64,000 nucleotides of DNA from the human T2T-CHM13v2.0 reference genome, Homo sapiens, in assembly GCF_009914755.1 (NCBI RefSeq), contig NC_060927.1. One strand, given 5' to 3'. The notes under the pieces are model-generated. The model did not search any database and had not been told where the DNA came from. It was given only the letters and a program-made list of their open reading frames with translations. Position 1 is the first letter of the stretch, and each line of letters opens with the position of its first letter. Positions 57,632 to 64,000 of the stretch are shown here, piece after piece. Position numbers and translations under genes: made by a program.

Positions 57632-58092
57632 TGTTACTGAAACACCACAGGTTGCATCTAGGTCCTGCTGCTTGCTGCACAGAAAGTCAATGACTGAGAT
57701 GACAAGTACTGCCACGGAAGAAGGCTTTAATCAGGTCTGCAGCCAAGGAGATGGGAGCTGAAGCTCAAATCCGTCTTCGGGATTGACTAAAATTAGGGGT
57801 TTATATAGCAGGGAAGAAATGTAACTATCTAAGGGAAAACAGGAACTCCATAGGGGTAAAGAAGCCATCATGATGAATGAGGGGCCTGGTGTCTCATTGT
57901 CTGGATGTGATGATCTGGTGAATTCCAGTTCTTTCATACTTTTTGAGAGGCCTGGGGCTCCTTTCCTGAGGAAGAAACAGGTAAAGCAAATGTAAGTTTC
58001 AAGCTTTAAGACCAGAAGGATCAACTTCTCTGTTTATAAAAAACAAACAAACAAACAAAAAAACAGTCTATGGAACTATTGGGTTGGTTACT
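57632..58092 (-). mobile_element. MER31-like ERV1 solo LTR
   Basis: TGTTACTGAAACACCACAGG...CTAGGTCCTGCTGC...GAAGAAGGCTTTAATCAGG...AACTATTGGGTTGGTTAC. Confidence 0.8.
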
Positions 58093-58384
58093 CAAGAATA
58101 TAGTCAAAGGGGTATATAGGTGGTAAAAATGAGCCAGTGTTTAGAGTATCTCCATATTTGAACACTTCAGTGATTTTTAAAAGAAGCAATACCATCCTAT
58201 TCTATTTCCAAAGGTATCAAAATAAAAGTATGCATGGTGAGATGTAGACTACCCCTGCAACTAAAAATTCTAATTTCAAGTTTTTGAAACATAGGAGTCT
58301 GACACAGAAAAGAAGAGATTATCCTGCTACAAGAAGAAATTTGGATATGCAAATGCTTCATCATTAATAATTTATAGGAACTAT

Positions 58385-59403
<1,019 letters not shown>

Positions 59404-60527
59404 CTACCATTGTTTTATGGTAAGTATTTTCAAGTCCTGGACAAAGGAAGAAAAATAAGTCTTACTGTTTAATTTGTTTGTAAAACTTTTGCAACAAAGA
59501 GAAAAAGAAAGTTCTGGCCACGGTGCTTTACTGTCAGGCATAACCTTGCTCTCTCAGCTTCTAAAATATCTGGTGTTCCAAAAATCTACTCCTCTTTACC
59601 TATGCTTTTGGTGTTTGTAATCAATAGACAATTTGGTAGTTTTATTTATGTAATTTAATGGTCCTCTGAAGAGCAGCAAAGTTCACATAGAGGAAATGTT
59701 TTAATACGATGGAATCTCCAAAATGTTAAAGAGTAGATGAAGATATGAATGCTCTAGTGTTTCTTCACTCTTCATATCCACCCCCATTTTACCAGAAGTA
59801 GGATACAGCTACATGACACCCTGCTTCATAATTTTGCTCATCCCTGATATAGATATTATATTAATTTTACCCTCCAGATAAGGATGTGTACAGGGTCAAA
59901 AATAATAGATGCATAAAGTCAGGATGAATTTTAATTCCTGGTCCTCAAAAATTCCATTAAGCTATATGGTTTCCCACAACCATGATTCTACCAATCAATT
60001 ACACTAATAGTCTAAAGGAAACAATCAAACCACAACATTAAAGTAACAAGTAAGTGTTTCTGTTTAAGGGAATGAAATGAACAACTTTAAAAACAGAGGC
60101 TATTAGATGTGAATGCATGTGTTTTATAGAGTTTACTGTGGCATTTTCCAAATATGCCAATAATAAAATTTATCCTCAAATTATAACAGGAACGTAATAT
60201 GCTCATAATAGGGAAGAAATGGATAGATGGGTGGATGAATAATATATGTATTCATTTAACATATATTGATTACTATATTCCAACTGCTTTTAGATGACAG
60301 CCAGTGCTCTAGGGTATGTGTCCCCAAGAAAATGAGCTCTGTGGTCTGTGAAAGGAACAAGGAGGTCAGCGTGCCTGGAATATGCTAGGGAAAATAATAC
60401 AGGGAGAACCTGGAAATGTAGGCAGGTGCCAAGTAATGTATGATGCTACAAGCCATGGTACTTATGGTACTTGAACACTAACATAATCTATCTTTTTAAA
60501 AAATCATTCGGATTGTGACCAACAAGC

Positions 60528-61081
60528 TGTTACCTCACAAAGGATACAGTCTTCCCCTGTTTGATGTTACAAAACCAATATATGAGATCGAAAGTGAGTG
60601 TAAAGCAGTGGAGGCTTTATTCCATGGCCATGGAATTGAGAAGGAGGAGCATGGCTCACAAATCAATGTCTTCACTAGTAAGGGGCGAGAGGGTTAAAAT
60701 ATAGGGTTTCTCTAATGAAGGGGCTGGACATTAAAAGCAAAAGGAGGAATATTCATGTCTCTTCTGGAAATGGGTAGCAAACTTCCTGGAACTAGAGTGG
60801 TACCTTCCTTTTTGTCTTTTTCTGACTTATTTCAGTCATTGTTATGGCAATGGTCAACTGTCATGGTGCTGGTGGGAGTGTCATTTAGCATAGATATGAG
60901 ATTATAATGAAGTCTGAGGTCCTTTTGAAGTCATTTGGCCTGCTATCTTGGTTCTAAGCAGTCTCAGCTGATCTGGTTACAAAGGGAGCTTTTTATCGCT
61001 GGTATCCTGTTTCTTAATGATAAGCAAATTTACAACAGAGTAGAAATTCAGCTATTTACATAGGGATTACACCAGGTAACA
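60528..61081 (-). mobile_element. ERV1 MER4-group solo LTR (MER67-like)
   Basis: TGTTACC...GGTAACA inverted ends; GGAGGAATATTCATG...TGGCAATGGTCAACTGTCATGGTGCTGGTGGGAGTGTC; reverse poly(A) signal (TTTATT). Confidence 0.72.
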
Positions 61082-61375
61082 AGATCATTGTCAGTTTTGC
61101 AGAGGGACAAGTGTGGAAATGAGACTAGACGAGAGTCTATTGCCAACAGGAGGTATTGGTAGCTTAGATGGGGATATGTCTGAGAAGATAGAAAAGAGAA
61201 CAGATTCCAACTAGACTTGTAGGTTTGACAAATAGTACTAACTGATGACTTGCAAGGGAAAGGTAAAGGGAAGATAAAACAAGGGGTTGAAAAACTTATT
61301 AGATGACAATATCATTTATTGAACTTGAAAAGACAAAGCATAGGGTACAGAAGGACAATCAAGAGTTACATTTTG

Positions 61376-61744
<369 letters not shown>

Positions 61745-62591
61745 TCAGGACTATATGTAGTTATGGGTTGAAGTACCCTAGGAAAGGTGTGCAAAGAAAA
61801 ATTAGAAAGATAAGTACTAGGTTTTGGATCCATTCCAACACTCAAAGTTTCAATAGAGGAGAAGTAGCAAATAAAACTAATAAATAGCCAACAAGGTAGA
61901 TGAATAGTGAGGAGAGTCAGAAGTCACCATCACCAAGAATTTTAAGAAAAAAAAAGGAATTGTCAATTATGTCAAATGCTGCTGAGAAGTCAAGTGTGAT
62001 GGGGGATTAAGTGAGCATTGATTTTGGCACTAAAGAGATTGGTAATTTAATAATTTCAGTGAAGATGTATGGGCAATATCTGGAGTGAAGTGGGAAGATG
62101 AGTGGATTTGAGGTGAAGATAGAGTGGGTAGTGCAGCATGACTCTTGAGATTTTTTTCTGTGAATGACAACAGAGAAGTGGGAAGGCAGCTACAGCTGGG
62201 TTGAAAGATCAAGAGATTTCCTTGTTGTGTATGTGATTGTTGTTGTTTGTATAATGTTAAAGTTTAAAAAAGCATAATACTGCAGCACATTTGTATATAC
62301 ATGGGAATCATGTGGAAGAGATGAAAATAATGAAGGTGTGATGATTCAGGAGAGCGAGAGAATGATTGCTAGTGGGAGGTCCCTAATAAGTCTAAGAGTA
62401 CAGTGTGCAGAATACAAGGTGATAGGTTGGTGCAGGATAAAAGCAGGAACTCTTTTTCCATTGTAAATAGTAGAAAGAACAGAGCATGGTTCAGATACAG
62501 AATATGGATATTTTCTCTAATAGTTTCCAAATTCAGTGCATTCTGAAGTGAAGGGCATGGAGTGAGGTGAAGCAGAAATACCTTGAGTGAG

Positions 62592-63765
62592 CAAAGTAGC
62601 AGCATAAATTGCAGAGGTTAAGTGCAAAATGAAAATGCAGGATCCCTTGCTGAAAATGCAGGGAAAAAGTATATAAAGTATTAAAAGAAATTTTTTCTTC
62701 TGTTGTCTCTCAACTTTCTATCATGTGTTTTATTTGTTATTTAATATTGCTCTAAGCAAAGGAAAGTTACAATATTAAATTCTTAGCATAAATTTAAGCA
62801 CTCATTGTTACAATGCCTTTTTAACTGGGAATATAAGAGCACTAAATTATTTAAAGAAAATCAAAATTACACAATTTGTATTCCACAGCTAGTACTCAGA
62901 GGGTGCTTCAAACTAGCTAGAATAAACACCGCATACTAGATTCAGGAAGGTTGTAAGTCAGAAGAATGGGCTCTGCAAGGCATGTAGCCAGCAGGAGGAG
63001 TGCTCCTTTCGGAACTAAGACACTCACAGGGCAAGGGAAGACTCTTGTATGTGCCTGGGGCCTCCACCCTGTGTCTCACAGCATGTTGGGGTCCCATTCC
63101 TGCCAGCTGCTAGACTAACATAGGGCCTTGTGGATGAAGTGGGCTCTAGGGAAGTCAAATCAGTTGTCTCTCCTTCCCACAGGCCTGCTGCTCCAACCAT
63201 GGTAAATGGGCCATACCCAGGGTCCTTAAACTCCAATATATGCCAGGATATACTTGGTACCTGGATCAAAGGTGGGTTAGAGGCTTTCTCCCACCCATAT
63301 GTGATCTTTACCGGGCCTATATGCATTTGCAACTGCCAGCTCAGAGTAAAAAACTCCCACCACATCCAACCCAAGAGGAGAAGGTCAACAGTGAATGGGG
63401 TGCCTCCCCCAACTCACACAATCCAGTCACTGCTCCGGACAAAGAGTGACAGACTTCCTTGGATGGAAAACAGAAAGGGAGGCTGGGCAGGGTGAAGTGT
63501 CAAGGGTAGCAGATGGCCTAGACCCTAAAAGGCAAGGAGGTGTCAAGAGGCAGGACCACACATAATCCAAGACTCCAAGTGCTTGGCATCTGCTCTGTTA
63601 TCCCATTAGACTTCATACAAAATATGAGTTCTAAGATAACATTAAGAATTTGAAGGAAGCAACCACAGATAACCACAGACCATTAAGCTACAGTGTGGGG
63701 TGGAGGTGAGGGGGTTCTGAGCATAGAGCTCTATGTGTTTGCAAAGGACCATAAACATGGTCCTG
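62592..63765 (-). mobile_element. MER45B/R-like hAT-Tip100 element
   Basis: ...GTGCAAAATGAAAATGCAGGATCCCTTG... at one end and ...ATTAAGAATTTGAAG...TTCTGAGCATAGAGCTCTATGTG...GGTCCTG at the other, matching MER45 termini. Confidence 0.8.
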
Positions 63766-63852
63766 TGTGCAAGTGTCTGAAAGGGATCATTCAGCTAGTT
63801 GTAAGGTATGATGGCTTACTCTTTGTAAAACCAAATCATTATTACAGTTTAA

Positions 63853-64000
63853 GTGGGAGACATTTCTCTATGAATCTCATGTTTCTGCATATCTTGTCAT
63901 CTTGCCAGAGAGGCACTGACTGCCTTTAATTCCAGACTCTTTTCAAGGATATTTGCATTGTGAACTGCCATGGAAACTAGAGATAAGGCCTTTATCTGAA
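63853..64000 (+). mobile_element. MER68/MER21-group LTR, runs off the window
   Basis: GGGAGACATTTCTCTATG...GTTTCTGCA...AGAGGCACTGACTGCCTTT...TCTTTTCAAGGATATTTG. Confidence 0.65.

Noticed and set aside
63024-63495. Overlapping 116-aa and 121-aa ORFs on both strands
   Set aside because: Lie in the GC-richer interior of a MER45 element; no recognisable protein motif.

Overview
AT-rich, CpG-poor primate (very probably human) genomic DNA, intronic or intergenic. I find no supportable protein-coding exon, RNA gene or CpG island. Much of the window is interspersed repeats: about 17 Alu/FLAM copies (many with visible target-site duplications, TSDs), a near full-length old L1 (19637-26387), other L1/L2/MIR fragments, many MaLR/ERVL/ERV1 LTRs, a complete MLT1A provirus nested in an ERVL/LTR16 remnant, and hAT DNA-transposon fossils. 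The ORF track is repeat-derived or chance. Two non-obvious signals stand out. First, a minus-strand 3' splice site fused to a perfect 5' splice site (AG|GTGAGT at 12934), resembling a recursive splice site. Second, a minus-strand relic at about 16340-16620 that resembles the 5' end of an ancient RTE-clade LINE, with a decayed hammerhead-ribozyme core and a preserved hairpin. Subfamily names come from my recollection of consensus sequences, not from a database search. I see no convincing new multi-gene system.
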